Numbered from the stretch's first letter, positions 18,063 to 28,148 are shown. The stretch is 64,000 nucleotides of DNA from Bacilli bacterium (GCA_017447165.1 JAFSOD010000004.1:179267-243266), one strand, 5' to 3'. The notes: generated by a model from the letters alone, not told the origin. Program-made: numbers and translations.

Positions 18063-18296
18063 TGCAGCGTAGATAATTTTAATTATCACCGCAATAAGGA
18101 AGAAGATGGAGGCGATGATAAGGGTAAGAATTGAGATAACTTTTTCAGCTCCTCTTTCTTTGGTCTTAACAAAGACGTTAAGTCCACCACCGGTAATCGC
18201 TCCAGAAGCACCTTCAGATTTACCACCTTGAAGCAAGCATAAAACAATGATGATTACACTAGTAGCCATTAATACCCAGTCATACCAAGCAAGCAT
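18060..18296 (-). CDS. secG: preprotein translocase subunit SecG
   Basis: 78 aa. Two TM helices separated by the Gly-rich loop LLQGGKSEGASGAITGGG. Confidence 0.8.
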   Translation of the reverse strand: MLAWYDWVLMATSVIIIVLCLLQGGKSEGASGAITGGGLNVFVKTKERGAEKVISILTLIIASIFFLIAVIIKIIYAA

Positions 18297-18389
18297 ATTG
18301 TTTTTCTCCTTCTGCGTTTTTTTGCGCTGTTATATTTTAAGTAAAATAAATAAATTTATCAATTATTATTTTAGACTATATCAAATGGT

Positions 18390-20381
18390 TTACAAAATTT
18401 GCGCCTTTATTTCTAAAATAATGTCTCTAAGTTCTGCAGCTTTTTCAAAGTCATATTCCTTGGCAGCTTGTCGCATTTGCTTTTCAAGTTCTTTAACTCT
18501 AATTTCCATCTCTTTGCGACTTCCTTTTTTGGTGAGTTTAATCATATCAGAGATTTCATCATCACTATTATGGATTGGAGGTCTAATTTCTTTAACAATA
18601 GTTCTAGGGATAATACCATTTTCTTCGTTATAGGCTTCTTGAATCGCTCTTCTACGATTAGTTTCATCAATTGCAGCCTTCATAGAATCAGTCATATTAT
18701 CTGCATACATAATAACTAAACCGTTTTGGTTACGAGACGCTCTACCAATAACTTGGATTAAACTTCTTGTGCTTCTTAAGAAGCCTTCTTTATCTGCATC
18801 TAAAATAGAAATTAAAGATACTTCAGGAATATCTAGACCTTCTCTTAAAAGATTAATACCCACTAAAACATCATATTTGCCTTTACGAAGTTGATAAATA
18901 ATCTCACTTCTTTCAAGAGTTTTGGTCTCGTGATGTAGATAAACAACCTTAATTCCTCTTTCTTTTAAATATTGTGTGAGGTCTTCCGCCATTTTGACGG
19001 TTAAAGTCACTAGCATTACTCTTTCGTTACGTTCAGTTCTCTTTTTAATTTCAAAAAGAATGTCATCAATCTGGCCTCTAGTTGGACTAATTTTGATATG
19101 TGGATCAAGTAAACCGGTTGGTCTAATGATTTGTTCAGCGATTGGAGCGTCAGTTTTATTTAACTCGTAGTCTCCAGGAGTGGCGCTAGTGCAAATCACT
19201 TGAGGAATGAGTTTTTCAAATTCTTCAAAATTAAGTGGTCTATTATCTAACGCACTAGGTAATCTAAATCCATATTCCACAAGAGTCTCTTTACGGCTTC
19301 TATCTCCGTTATACATCCCTCTAATTTGAGGAAGAGAAACGTGAGATTCATCCACGAACAAGACAAAGTCTTCTGGAAAATAATCTAGCAAACAGAATGG
19401 TCTTTGACCTGGTTTTCTTTTATCGATATGTCTAGAGTAATTTTCTATACCAGGACACATCCCAAATTCTTCCATATTTTCCACATCTTGATTAGTTCTC
19501 ATCTCTAATCTTTCCGCTTCTAAAAGTTTTCCATTTTCGCGGAAATAATCTAAACGTTCTTTGAGCTCTTCTTTTATGGTTTTACAAGCTTCTTTGATTC
19601 TTTCTCTAGTTGAAGCATGGTCATAAGCAGGGAAAATTGGATAAGTATGATATGAGTGTTTAATCTCTCCGCTTAATAAATCCACTTCATAAATCTTTTC
19701 AATCTCATCACCAAAAGTATCGATACGGATTACAGTATGATCTTCAGCATTAGCAGGAACAATTTCAATGACGTCACCTCTCACTCTAAATGATCCTGGA
19801 GGGGTGTCTAAGTTATTTCTCTTGTACTGAGCATCCACAAGAGATTTATAGAACTCTTGACGATTGATTTCTTCACCAACTCTTATCTCAAATACTAACC
19901 TACGATATTCATCTGGATCAGTTAAACCGTAGATAGAGGCTACAGAGGCCACAACAATGGTGTCTCTTCTTTCTAAAATTGAGTTAATCGCGCTAGTTCT
20001 GAGCATTTCAATCTCATCATTCATCACTGCATTTTTATCAATGTAGGTATCGCTTTTAGGAATGTAGGCTTCAGGTTGATAAAAATCAAAGTTAGAGACA
20101 AAATACTCCACTCTATTATGAGGGAAAAGTTCTTTGAATTCAGAGTATAGTTGACCCGCTAAAGTTTTGTTATGAACCAACACCAAAGCAGGGCGTTGAA
20201 CGGACTGGATAATATTGGCCATAGTAAAGGTCTTACCAGTGCCAGTAGCACCTAATAATACTTGAAGCTTCTTTCCTTCGTTTAGACCTTTAACTAACTG
20301 AGTAATTGCAGTAGGCTGATCGCCTGTCGGTTTAAAGTTAGAAACGATTTCAAATTTATGTGAATTATCAATATTTTTCAC
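18390..20381 (-). CDS. uvrB: excinuclease ABC subunit B
   Basis: 663 aa. GATGTGKTF Walker A, helicase motifs, and the C-terminal UVR domain [15 protein letters not shown]. Confidence 0.97.
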   Translation of the reverse strand: MKNIDNSHKFEIVSNFKPTGDQPTAITQLVKGLNEGKKLQVLLGATGTGKTFTMANIIQSVQRPALVLVHNKTLAGQLYSEFKELFPHNRVEYFVSNFDFYQPEAYIPKSDTYIDKNAVMNDEIEMLRTSAINSILERRDTIVVASVASIYGLTDPDEYRRLVFEIRVGEEINRQEFYKSLVDAQYKRNNLDTPPGSFRVRGDVIEIVPANAEDHTVIRIDTFGDEIEKIYEVDLLSGEIKHSYHTYPIFPAYDHASTRERIKEACKTIKEELKERLDYFRENGKLLEAERLEMRTNQDVENMEEFGMCPGIENYSRHIDKRKPGQRPFCLLDYFPEDFVLFVDESHVSLPQIRGMYNGDRSRKETLVEYGFRLPSALDNRPLNFEEFEKLIPQVICTSATPGDYELNKTDAPIAEQIIRPTGLLDPHIKISPTRGQIDDILFEIKKRTERNERVMLVTLTVKMAEDLTQYLKERGIKVVYLHHETKTLERSEIIYQLRKGKYDVLVGINLLREGLDIPEVSLISILDADKEGFLRSTRSLIQVIGRASRNQNGLVIMYADNMTDSMKAAIDETNRRRAIQEAYNEENGIIPRTIVKEIRPPIHNSDDEISDMIKLTKKGSRKEMEIRVKELEKQMRQAAKEYDFEKAAELRDIILEIKAQIL

Positions 20382-20390
20382 TCAAAACTC

Positions 20391-21305
20391 CTATTTTTTT
20401 ACTTTTTTATTCTTTTTAGTATGCTTTTTAAATCCTTCTCCAAAGACAGCGTTTGTTTGGGTATAAGTCACAAAAGCTTTAGGATCTACAGAAGCAATAT
20501 AGCGTTTAATTTTTTCATATTGCATCTTATCAAACACCACTCTTAAAATGACTCTTTCTTCTCCCTTGTAGCCACCTTCAGCGCGTATGATTGTAGCGCC
20601 TCTTTCAAGCTCATCTTGAGCGTATCTAGAAATGTCTTCCCACTTATCGGAAATAATATCAACTTGATAAGCAGTTTGATTCTTAATATAAACAATTTCA
20701 ATTAAAACAGCAGTGACAAAGCTAGATAAAATACCACATAATGCCGCAACCCAAAGCTGCATTGTAGCCATACCAACAACAATAACGAGTCCATCAATCA
20801 TAAATGAAGAAATTGATTCTTTAATACCTGCATATTTTGAAAGCAAAACTTGCACTACATCGACACCGCCTGTTGATCCTCCTCCAAGGAAAGTAATAGC
20901 GACACCACCACCAATGAAAACACCACCAAAAATACCACATAATATGAGGTTTCCTGCTGCTTGTTCACCGGCGAATGTAATTGCAAGTTCGTCGAAGAAA
21001 GCCACTCTTTTAAATAAGAATGTAAAGCCAATATATAAAGCAGAAGACAAAGCAGTTTTTAATGCAAAGTCTTTTCCAACAAATATTAAACCTAGTAACC
21101 AGAAGAATACTGTTAATCCTGCTACAAGATAATCGTAGATTTGTACATCGACAAAGTGCTGAATAATAATCGCAATACCACTAATTCCACCAGCAACAAG
21201 TTCGGCTTTGGTTAAGAAAATTACAGAGCCAAATGATAATAAGAATGTGCCAAGGATAACTGCAATATAATTTGATGTTTGTTTTAAGACTAATTTTTTA
21301 TCCAT
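20391..21305 (-). CDS. YitT-family membrane protein with C-terminal DUF2179 domain
   Basis: Gly-rich TM helices, then [22 protein letters not shown] prefer the start at MDKKLVLK (21305) because the track start would overlap prfB by 38 nt. Confidence 0.8.
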   Translation of the reverse strand: MDKKLVLKQTSNYIAVILGTFLLSFGSVIFLTKAELVAGGISGIAIIIQHFVDVQIYDYLVAGLTVFFWLLGLIFVGKDFALKTALSSALYIGFTFLFKRVAFFDELAITFAGEQAAGNLILCGIFGGVFIGGGVAITFLGGGSTGGVDVVQVLLSKYAGIKESISSFMIDGLVIVVGMATMQLWVAALCGILSSFVTAVLIEIVYIKNQTAYQVDIISDKWEDISRYAQDELERGATIIRAEGGYKGEERVILRVVFDKMQYEKIKRYIASVDPKAFVTYTQTNAVFGEGFKKHTKKNKKVKK

Positions 21306-22402
21306 TTTTCTTTGCCTCCATTTGTAGATATGCATATAAGAAGTTATCGATGTTTCCGTTCATTACTCCTTCAACATCAACTTCTTCATAATTTGTTCTA
21401 TTATCTTTCACTAATGTATATGGACAGAAAACGTACGAGCGAATTTGACTACCCCATTCAATGTTTTTCTTTTCACCGACAATTGAGTTAAGTTCATTAT
21501 TTCTTTTTTCGACTTCTAATAAATACAATTTGCTTTTCAACATCGCCATCGCAGTTTCTTTATTAGATAATTGGCTTCTTTCAACTTGGCAAGACACTAC
21601 TATTCCTGTAGGTAAGTGGGTGATTCTCACTGCGGTTTCCACTTTGTTGACATTTTGTCCACCAGCGCCACCACTACGGTAAGTATCAATTTTTAAATCC
21701 GATTCACTAATTTCAATATTAATTGAGTCATTTTGAAATTCAGGAATAACATTCACACTAGCAAAGCTAGTATGTCTTCTTTTATTCGCATCAAAAGGAG
21801 AGATTCTTACTAATCTATGAACACCTTTTTCTCCTTTTAATAAACCATAAGCGTGTTTACCGGCAATCTTAATAGTGACACTTTTTAATCCTGCTTCTTC
21901 ACCAGGTTCATAAGAGATAAGTTGCATCTTAAATCGATGCGCTTCCGCATATAAAACGTACATGCGATATAACATGTCCGCCCAGTCTTGTGCTTCTGTA
22001 CCACCTGCGCCTGGATGAATTTCAATAATCGCGTTAAGATTATCAAACTCACCACTAAATAAACGGTCTACTTCGAATTCATTAACTTCTTTTTTTAAAT
22101 CTTCAAAGGACTCGGAAATGGATTCAAGCAAAGATTCATCTCCTAAATCTAAAAGTTCCACTAAGTCAGTATAAGTGGAGGAAATAGATTTATAGGAATC
22201 ATAAGTTGATCGACTGGAATTGAGTCGATTAATAATCTCTAAAGCTTCGCTTCTTTTATTCCAGAAATCTGGAGATTCACTTTTTTCAGTTAATTCTTTA
22301 ATTTCAGTTTCTAATTTTGCGAGGTCAAAGAGAAGACCCGAGTTGACGGATTTTCTCGCCAACAGCACCAAGTTCCTGTCTTAAAGCAACAAGGTCTTTC
22401 AT
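21298..22402 (-). CDS. prfB: peptide chain release factor 2, requires programmed +1 frameshift
   Basis: Short frame-0 [28 protein letters not shown] ends at CTT TGA C (22330-22324). The +1 frame continues DLAKLE... through the SPF and GGQ motifs ([17 protein letters not shown]). Confidence 0.93.
22324..22330 (-). promoter_or_regulatory. RF2 autoregulatory +1 frameshift site CUU UGA C
   Basis: Canonical slippery CTT followed by an in-frame TGA then C, read on the minus strand. A G-rich stretch (ctcggg) lies a few nt upstream. Confidence 0.9.
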
Positions 22403-24858
22403 TATTCTTTCTTCTCCTCGACTTCAGCGTCGATGACGTCACCTTTATTTTCTTGAGGTGCTTCTTCTACTGGTTTCTTTTCAACTTTAACATTAACAAG
22501 ATTTAAAACAGCATCAACAGAGGCAATGTTTAAACATTCTCTAAACATTTTATAGCCTTCGTTAACATAGTCTTGAAGTGGGTTGACATTCGCGTAGCTT
22601 CTTAAGTGAATACCTTCTCTTAATCTCGCCATCGCATCAATATGTTTGGTCCAGTTTTGGTCAATGCATCTTAAGATAAAGTTTCTCTCAATGTTTTGAG
22701 CGAGGTCTTCTGGCCATTCTTTTCTTCTTTCAAGATAATAATCTTGAATTGCCTCACCTAAATCTGGTCCACATTCTTCGGGATAAGATTCATCAAAGGC
22801 GACAGCGTTTAAAGATCCTGCTGGTAAGAAACGAGGCTCAACTTCTTTTAAGAGGAGTTCACCACTAACCAAGTTAGAGTTAGACCCCACTGGAACGGCT
22901 TTTTGAGATAAGAATTCGCCTGTAGTCTTAAAGACTTCATCAATAATGTCTTGAATATTCTTGCCTTCAATAATACGGTCACGTTTGTCATAGACAATTT
23001 GTCTTTGTTTGGCTAAAACGTCATCATATTCAAGTAAAGATTTACGAGTGTCAAAGTTTTGTCCTTCGATTCTCTTTTGAGCGGAGGTAATAACTCCAGA
23101 TACCAGTCTTGCTTCAAGAGCTTCTTCTCCGAAGTTCTTTTCAATATAGTTACGCATATTATCCGCAGCGAAACGAATTAATAATTCGTCATCAAAGGAA
23201 ACATAGAATCTGGAGAATCCTGGATCACCTTGACGTCCACTACGACCACGTAATTGGTTATCAATACGTCTAGATTCATGTCTTTCAGTACCCAAAACAC
23301 ATAAACCTGAAAAGTTGTAATAGCCTTTCTTCTCAAGCTCCTTTTTCTTATCTTCTGGGACTGTGGATTCTAAGTTTCTGACTTCGTCAACAATTTTAAT
23401 ATCAGTACCACGACCTGCCATGTTAGTAGCAAGGGTGATAGAACCTTTTCTACCAGCATCTTTAATAATTTCCGCTTCACGAGCGTGGTTTTTAGCATTC
23501 AACATTTCGTGTTGTAAGCCAGCCGCAGTTAATAAAGCAGAGATTTCTTCGGAAGATTCAACTGAGACAGTACCAATTAAAATTGGTTGACCGATTTCAT
23601 GTCTCACTTTAACTTCTTCCACCAAGGCTCTTAATTTTGGTCCTTTATGTGCATAGATATAATCAAGTGCGTCCACACGAGCGATAGGTCTATTTGGTGG
23701 AACACAAACAACACGCATGTTGTAGATTTTTCTAAATTCTTCTTCTTCAGTTTTAGCGGTACCAGTCATACCTGCCATCTTCTTATATAGACGGAAGAAG
23801 TTTTGATATGTAATAGTGGCTAAAGTTGTGGTTTCTTGTTTGATTTCCACATTTTCTTTAGCTTGAACAGCTTGATGTAAACCATCACTCCATTCTCTTC
23901 CCGGAAGGACACGGCCAGTAAATTGGTCAATGATTTGCACTTGTCCTTCGGCATCGACTAAATAGTCGACATCTCTAAACATAATATAGTTCGCTCTTAA
24001 AGCGTTATGGATTCTATGGACTAAATCAGCGAATTCTGGATCATATAAATTTTTGATGCCAAACATTCTATCTGCTTTAGCGTTACCTTCATCAGTTAAG
24101 TTAACAGTCTTATCTTTAACGTCAACAACAAAGTCGACATCTTTCTTTAAGGCCTTAACAAATCTATCGGCAACTGTATATTGAGAGGCGCTGGCTCTAG
24201 CACCACCAGAAATAATAAGAGGGGTTCTAGATTCATCGATCAAGATGGAGTCAGCTTCGTCAACAATACAGAAATTGAGCCCTCTTAAAACTCTATTTTG
24301 CATAGAAGTCGCCATGTTATCTCTTAAGTAGTCGAAACCTAATTCAGAGTTTGTGGTATATGTGATATCACATAAATAAGCTTCTTTCTTTTCAGAAGTA
24401 GTCTTTGTTCTTAAGTTAACTCCAACAGTTAAACCTAAGAATCTATAAATTTGGCCCATCCAGTTCGCGTCACGTTCTGATAAGTATTCGTTAACAGTAA
24501 CAACGTGAACGCCATTACCAGCTAAGGCGTTTAAATAAACTGCCATAGTGGCTGTTAAGGTTTTACCTTCACCAGTTTTCATTTCCGCGACATCGCCAGA
24601 ATGTAAAACTAATGAACCAATAATTTGAACTTTGTATGGGAATTCCGCAAGTGTACGTCTAGCTGCTTCTCTAGCGACGGCAAATGCTTCGATTTTGATA
24701 TCGTCTAAAGTCTTTCCGTTAGCGAGTAACTCTTTAAAGTATGGAGTCTTCGCTCTTAATTCATCATCGCTTAGGGCTTTCATCGATTCTTCTAAGGCGA
24801 TAACCTTATCCGCAATCTTTGAATATTTTTTAAGCGCCATTTTGTCAAATAAGCCCAT
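22402..24858 (-). CDS. secA: preprotein translocase ATPase SecA
   Basis: 818 aa with DEAD-like motor motifs MKTGEGKTL and VDEADSILIDE. Confidence 0.97.
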   Translation of the reverse strand: MGLFDKMALKKYSKIADKVIALEESMKALSDDELRAKTPYFKELLANGKTLDDIKIEAFAVAREAARRTLAEFPYKVQIIGSLVLHSGDVAEMKTGEGKTLTATMAVYLNALAGNGVHVVTVNEYLSERDANWMGQIYRFLGLTVGVNLRTKTTSEKKEAYLCDITYTTNSELGFDYLRDNMATSMQNRVLRGLNFCIVDEADSILIDESRTPLIISGGARASASQYTVADRFVKALKKDVDFVVDVKDKTVNLTDEGNAKADRMFGIKNLYDPEFADLVHRIHNALRANYIMFRDVDYLVDAEGQVQIIDQFTGRVLPGREWSDGLHQAVQAKENVEIKQETTTLATITYQNFFRLYKKMAGMTGTAKTEEEEFRKIYNMRVVCVPPNRPIARVDALDYIYAHKGPKLRALVEEVKVRHEIGQPILIGTVSVESSEEISALLTAAGLQHEMLNAKNHAREAEIIKDAGRKGSITLATNMAGRGTDIKIVDEVRNLESTVPEDKKKELEKKGYYNFSGLCVLGTERHESRRIDNQLRGRSGRQGDPGFSRFYVSFDDELLIRFAADNMRNYIEKNFGEEALEARLVSGVITSAQKRIEGQNFDTRKSLLEYDDVLAKQRQIVYDKRDRIIEGKNIQDIIDEVFKTTGEFLSQKAVPVGSNSNLVSGELLLKEVEPRFLPAGSLNAVAFDESYPEECGPDLGEAIQDYYLERRKEWPEDLAQNIERNFILRCIDQNWTKHIDAMARLREGIHLRSYANVNPLQDYVNEGYKMFRECLNIASVDAVLNLVNVKVEKKPVEEAPQENKGDVIDAEVEEKKE

Positions 24859-24956
24859 AATAATACCTCCTAGTTTTCTTTAATTAATAAAGAATGGATT
24901 AAACATTCGCTAATTAATATATCATTTATGTATTAGTCTTGGCTAATACAAATTGT

Positions 24957-25583
24957 TTAATATTCTTCTTTCTTTTTCTTTTTGGTTTTCGCTATTACTA
25001 ATATTTCGATAGTTTTTGCTCCTTTGCTTCTTAATAAATCGATTGAAGTTAAAAGTGTGCTTCCTGTAGTCATAATGTCATCTACTAACAATATCTTTTT
25101 ACCCTTCATTGATATATTTTCATCTATTTCTAAAACATCATTTATCTTATGTCTTCCAAGTGAAGATTGATCAGACTGTTTATGCGCTGTTTTCTTCTTC
25201 AAAATGGGTAATTCTTTAAGCTTTAAACTCTCAAAAATCGCTTTTACGTGATTAAAACCACGCCGCTCATCATCAATGTGATAAGAAGGTATATAGACGA
25301 TATGATAACCATGATATTTTAACTTCAAAAAAGTTAGATATCGATCTAAGAAAACATCCTTTAATTCATAGTCATAACAACCTTTAAATTTATAGATTAA
25401 TTCCTTTATAAAATCTGTATATTCATAGACGGCTGTCCCTTTTATATTTCCTATTTCGAAAGACACAAATTTAGCCTGTAATTTACTAAAACAATCTCCA
25501 CATAAAATGTTCTTCCTTTTCAATAAGTTATATATGGAATTATCCGTTATTCTTTTAAAGCAAATTTTACAGAAATTATCCAT
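24957..25583 (-). CDS. comFC: ComFC/ComF-family protein (phosphoribosyltransferase-like)
   Basis: 208 aa. N-terminal Cys pairs CKIC...CGDC and PRTase motif ILLVDDIMTTGSTL. Overlaps the comFA stop by 8 nt. Confidence 0.85.
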   Translation of the reverse strand: MDNFCKICFKRITDNSIYNLLKRKNILCGDCFSKLQAKFVSFEIGNIKGTAVYEYTDFIKELIYKFKGCYDYELKDVFLDRYLTFLKLKYHGYHIVYIPSYHIDDERRGFNHVKAIFESLKLKELPILKKKTAHKQSDQSSLGRHKINDVLEIDENISMKGKKILLVDDIMTTGSTLLTSIDLLRSKGAKTIEILVIAKTKKKKKEEY

Positions 25584-26775
25584 TATCTAATGCCTCATTA
25601 TTCTTCTTTATTTCTTCTATAGATTCTTTAATATCGGAAGTCACTTTTTCGCATAGATAAATTACTTCTCCTTCTGGCGCATCAGCCTTTCTTCCCACTC
25701 GTCCTGCGATTTGAATTAAAGTGCCTTTTTCATATATTTTATGGTCAGTTTGACTGATAATTACCTGCAAATTCTTTACAGTTACCCCTCTTTCTAGTAC
25801 TGATGTAGTTACTAAATATGAAAATAAGTGATTACGAAATTCTTCGATTATTTCAGATCTATAATTCCTTTTAGAATGAACATAATTTCCACCTTTAACA
25901 AATAAGGAAATTACTCTATAGATTTTCTCACATAAATTAATGGTGGGAGCAAAAACAAATACAGGTTTGTTATTTTTCTTATATTCCTTTATTTTTCTAA
26001 TTAAATATAAGTATTGAAATAGCGTATTTCGTTTAACTATTTTGGGTATTGGAAGAGGATGACGATGAAAACGAACTTCTAATCTTAATATATCTTTGTT
26101 ATCTCCATGGAAATGATCTATTACTTCTTTAGATGGAGTGGCGGACATCATAACATAATGACCACACAAAGATTGATAGAACATGCTATGTAATGTTGGA
26201 TCATCTTTAAACGGAAAAGCGTCTATCTCATCTAGGATAATTAAAGAGAAATAATTCTTGTATCTATATAGTTGATGTGTGGTTAGGACAACTATATCGC
26301 CTTCTTTATCTTTTGTGTGCCCTCCATATAAGCAAACCACTTTGTTATATTTAAATATTTCTCTTAACCTATTATGTAATTCTATTGCAACATCTCTTCT
26401 AGGGAGCGCAAACGCGACCTTATCGCCACAATTAATTGCATATTTAATAATGTTGAGGCAAATTTCAGTCTTTCCTGATCCACATACAGCAAAAACAAGA
26501 CTATCTATTCCTTTCTTATAGTTCTCCACTAACTTATCGGATAATTCTTTCTGTTCTGGAGATAGCTCGTACTCTAAATGAATAGGTGCTTTCTTGGGAT
26601 AAGATGGCTTATGTTCTACTTCTTCACCACGAAAAGAGATACACCTACGACAATAGGGTTTGCCATTAAGATATCCAATTGAATGTATATCGGTGTTACC
26701 ACAAATAGGGCATTTATAAGTTTCTATGTTGCAACATCTCCTTTCTTTTGATTTAATATTTATACAACCTGTCAC
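25576..26775 (-). CDS. comFA: ComFA competence DNA-uptake helicase/translocase (only full-length copy)
   Basis: 399 aa. N-terminal 4-Cys motif CPICG...CRRC, Walker A AVCGSGKTE, DEID box, and the VTTSVLERGVT and QIAGRVGR helicase motifs. The start is uncertain: the track uses GTG 26775 inside a hairpin, and the position homologous to the ATG of fragment F2 is ATA (26727-26725). Confidence 0.85.
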   Translation of the reverse strand: MTGCINIKSKERRCCNIETYKCPICGNTDIHSIGYLNGKPYCRRCISFRGEEVEHKPSYPKKAPIHLEYELSPEQKELSDKLVENYKKGIDSLVFAVCGSGKTEICLNIIKYAINCGDKVAFALPRRDVAIELHNRLREIFKYNKVVCLYGGHTKDKEGDIVVLTTHQLYRYKNYFSLIILDEIDAFPFKDDPTLHSMFYQSLCGHYVMMSATPSKEVIDHFHGDNKDILRLEVRFHRHPLPIPKIVKRNTLFQYLYLIRKIKEYKKNNKPVFVFAPTINLCEKIYRVISLFVKGGNYVHSKRNYRSEIIEEFRNHLFSYLVTTSVLERGVTVKNLQVIISQTDHKIYEKGTLIQIAGRVGRKADAPEGEVIYLCEKVTSDIKESIEEIKKNNEALDNG

Positions 26776-26802
26776 GCAGAGCTAAATAGGCTCAGACAGG
26801 TT
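26766..26802 (-). other. 8-bp-stem hairpin between cassette ORF A1 and the comFA 5' UTR
   Basis: aacctgtc (26766-26773) pairs with gacaggtt (26795-26802). The loop holds a nested gagc/gctc pair. No U-run follows, so it is not a canonical terminator. Confidence 0.5.
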
Positions 26803-26803
26803 T

Positions 26804-27127
26804 TTATTTTAACTTAACAGGTTTTCTTCTTTTTATAATTCTTATTGTCAATCTATCATCAGGGTGTATTTTCATACCAATCAATTCTCTTGATCCAAAA
26901 TGCTTACGTTTACCCTGAACAGGTCTATTGTTCACAAACTAAGCCTTAACTTTATTTTCGGTAGGATGTTTTAGTTTTGTCTGATGTCTATGTTGAGATG
27001 TTCCTGTGATAACAGCAATATAAATGTTCTTTTTATCATTCTTTAAAACAATTAAACCAGGGTGTTTGTTTACTATATAAAATTTTCCTTTTTCTAAATG
27101 TTTGTTATAAATCTTTTTCTTACTCAT
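26804..27127 (-). pseudogene. cassette ORF A1 (small basic protein superfamily), interrupted by an in-frame TAG at 26939-26941
   Basis: The 62-aa ORF is MSKKKIYNKHLEKGKFYIVNKHPGLIVLKNDKKNIYIAVITGTS.... After the TAG, the same frame continues FVNNRPVQGKRKHFGSRELIGMKIHPDDRLTIRIIKRRKPVKLK, which aligns with the C-terminal half of A2. Confidence 0.7.
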
Positions 27128-27142
27128 ATTTCCTCCTTTCTG

Positions 27143-27424
27143 TTATGTATTTCGTGTTTTTGGGGATCCACATACGGCAAAAACTAAACTATCAATTCCT
27201 TTTTTATAATTCTCTACCAGCCTATCTGATAATTCTTTTTGCTCTGGAGACAACTCATATTCAAGATGAATAGGTGCTTTCTTTGGGTAAGATGGTTTAT
27301 GTTCTACTTCTTCGCCTCGAAAAGAGATGCATCTACGACAATAAGGTTTGCCGTTTAGATAGCCAATAGAATGAATATCAGTGTTGCCACAAACTGGACA
27401 AGTAAATGAAAGCTGGTTATCCAT
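27143..27424 (-). CDS. F1: open 93-aa comFA N-terminal fragment (Zn-ribbon region up to a disrupted Walker A, GSPKT)
   Basis: 77 of 79 aligned residues are identical to ComFA, yet 32 of those codons differ synonymously. It ends GSPKTRNT* inside the conserved linker, 15 nt before the ATG of A1. Confidence 0.8.
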   Translation of the reverse strand: MDNQLSFTCPVCGNTDIHSIGYLNGKPYCRRCISFRGEEVEHKPSYPKKAPIHLEYELSPEQKELSDRLVENYKKGIDSLVFAVCGSPKTRNT

Positions 27425-27821
27425 TTTTCTTGCCTTTCTTTTTATGTTTTGATTTAATACTGGTAGATGGTGTGCGCCCTTTCTGGGTTAAAGCTTCATT
27501 CGTTAGCTTTCCACCATTTTTTCTTTGCTCTTTAATTAGTGAAACATATACATCTATTTTTATTTCATCGGAAACTACTAAACGATACTTTTTAAGTTCT
27601 TGTCCTCTATGTCGGAGTTTATCTTTTCTTATATACTTTCTGAAATAAGATTTCTTGTCTGAATTGGGATTTGGATTTACATCAAATTCTTCATAATTTC
27701 CAGTTACAGTTGGACTATCAGTTATTTCGATATTTTCCCATGTTCCATCTTCTAGAACACTGATTTCTATTGATGGGTGGTATTTAGTTCTTTTGTTTTT
27801 AAATATTTTATATTTATTCAT
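27417..27821 (-). CDS. cassette ORF B1, 134-aa basic protein of unknown function
   Basis: MNKYKIFKNKRTKYHPSIEISV...ITDSP...VNPNPNSDKKSYFRKYIRKD...RGQ. Homologous to B2. Its Lys-rich tail is encoded by what is comFA 5' UTR in other copies, and its stop overlaps the F1 start (ATGGATAA). Confidence 0.7.
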   Translation of the reverse strand: MNKYKIFKNKRTKYHPSIEISVLEDGTWENIEITDSPTVTGNYEEFDVNPNPNSDKKSYFRKYIRKDKLRHRGQELKKYRLVVSDEIKIDVYVSLIKEQRKNGGKLTNEALTQKGRTPSTSIKSKHKKKGKKNG

Positions 27822-27840
27822 GTATCAATTCCTTTCTATG

Positions 27841-28113
27841 TTATGGATTTGTTGTTTTTGGTGATCCACATACGGCAAAAACAAGACTATCTAAGCCTTT
27901 TTTGTAATTCTCAACTAACTTATCCGATAGTACTTTTTGCTCTGGAAACAGTTCGTACTCTAAATGAATAGGCGCCTTTTTAGGGTATGATGTTTTGTGT
28001 TCCACTTCTTCACCTTTAAAAGAGATACACCTACGGCAATAAAGTTTGCCGTTCAACATACCAATTGAATGAATATCAGTGTTACCACATACAGGACATT
28101 TATAAGGTTCCAT
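27841..28113 (-). CDS. F2: open 90-aa comFA N-terminal fragment (GSPKT end), the only copy with ATG at the conserved start position
   Basis: MEPYKCPVCGNTDIHSIGMLNGKLYCRRC...AVCGSPKTTNP*. Eight amino-acid differences from ComFA over the shared region. Confidence 0.75.
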   Translation of the reverse strand: MEPYKCPVCGNTDIHSIGMLNGKLYCRRCISFKGEEVEHKTSYPKKAPIHLEYELFPEQKVLSDKLVENYKKGLDSLVFAVCGSPKTTNP

Positions 28114-28148
28114 ATTGAATTATCACCTTTCTTTTGATTTAAAATAGC

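Noticed and set aside
26773-26775. GTG 26775 as the confident comFA start (as in the ORF track)
   Set aside because: It has no SD and lies within the stem of the 26766-26802 hairpin. The added residues correspond to 5' UTR in the other copies. I kept it as the feature boundary for lack of a better canonical start and flagged it as uncertain.
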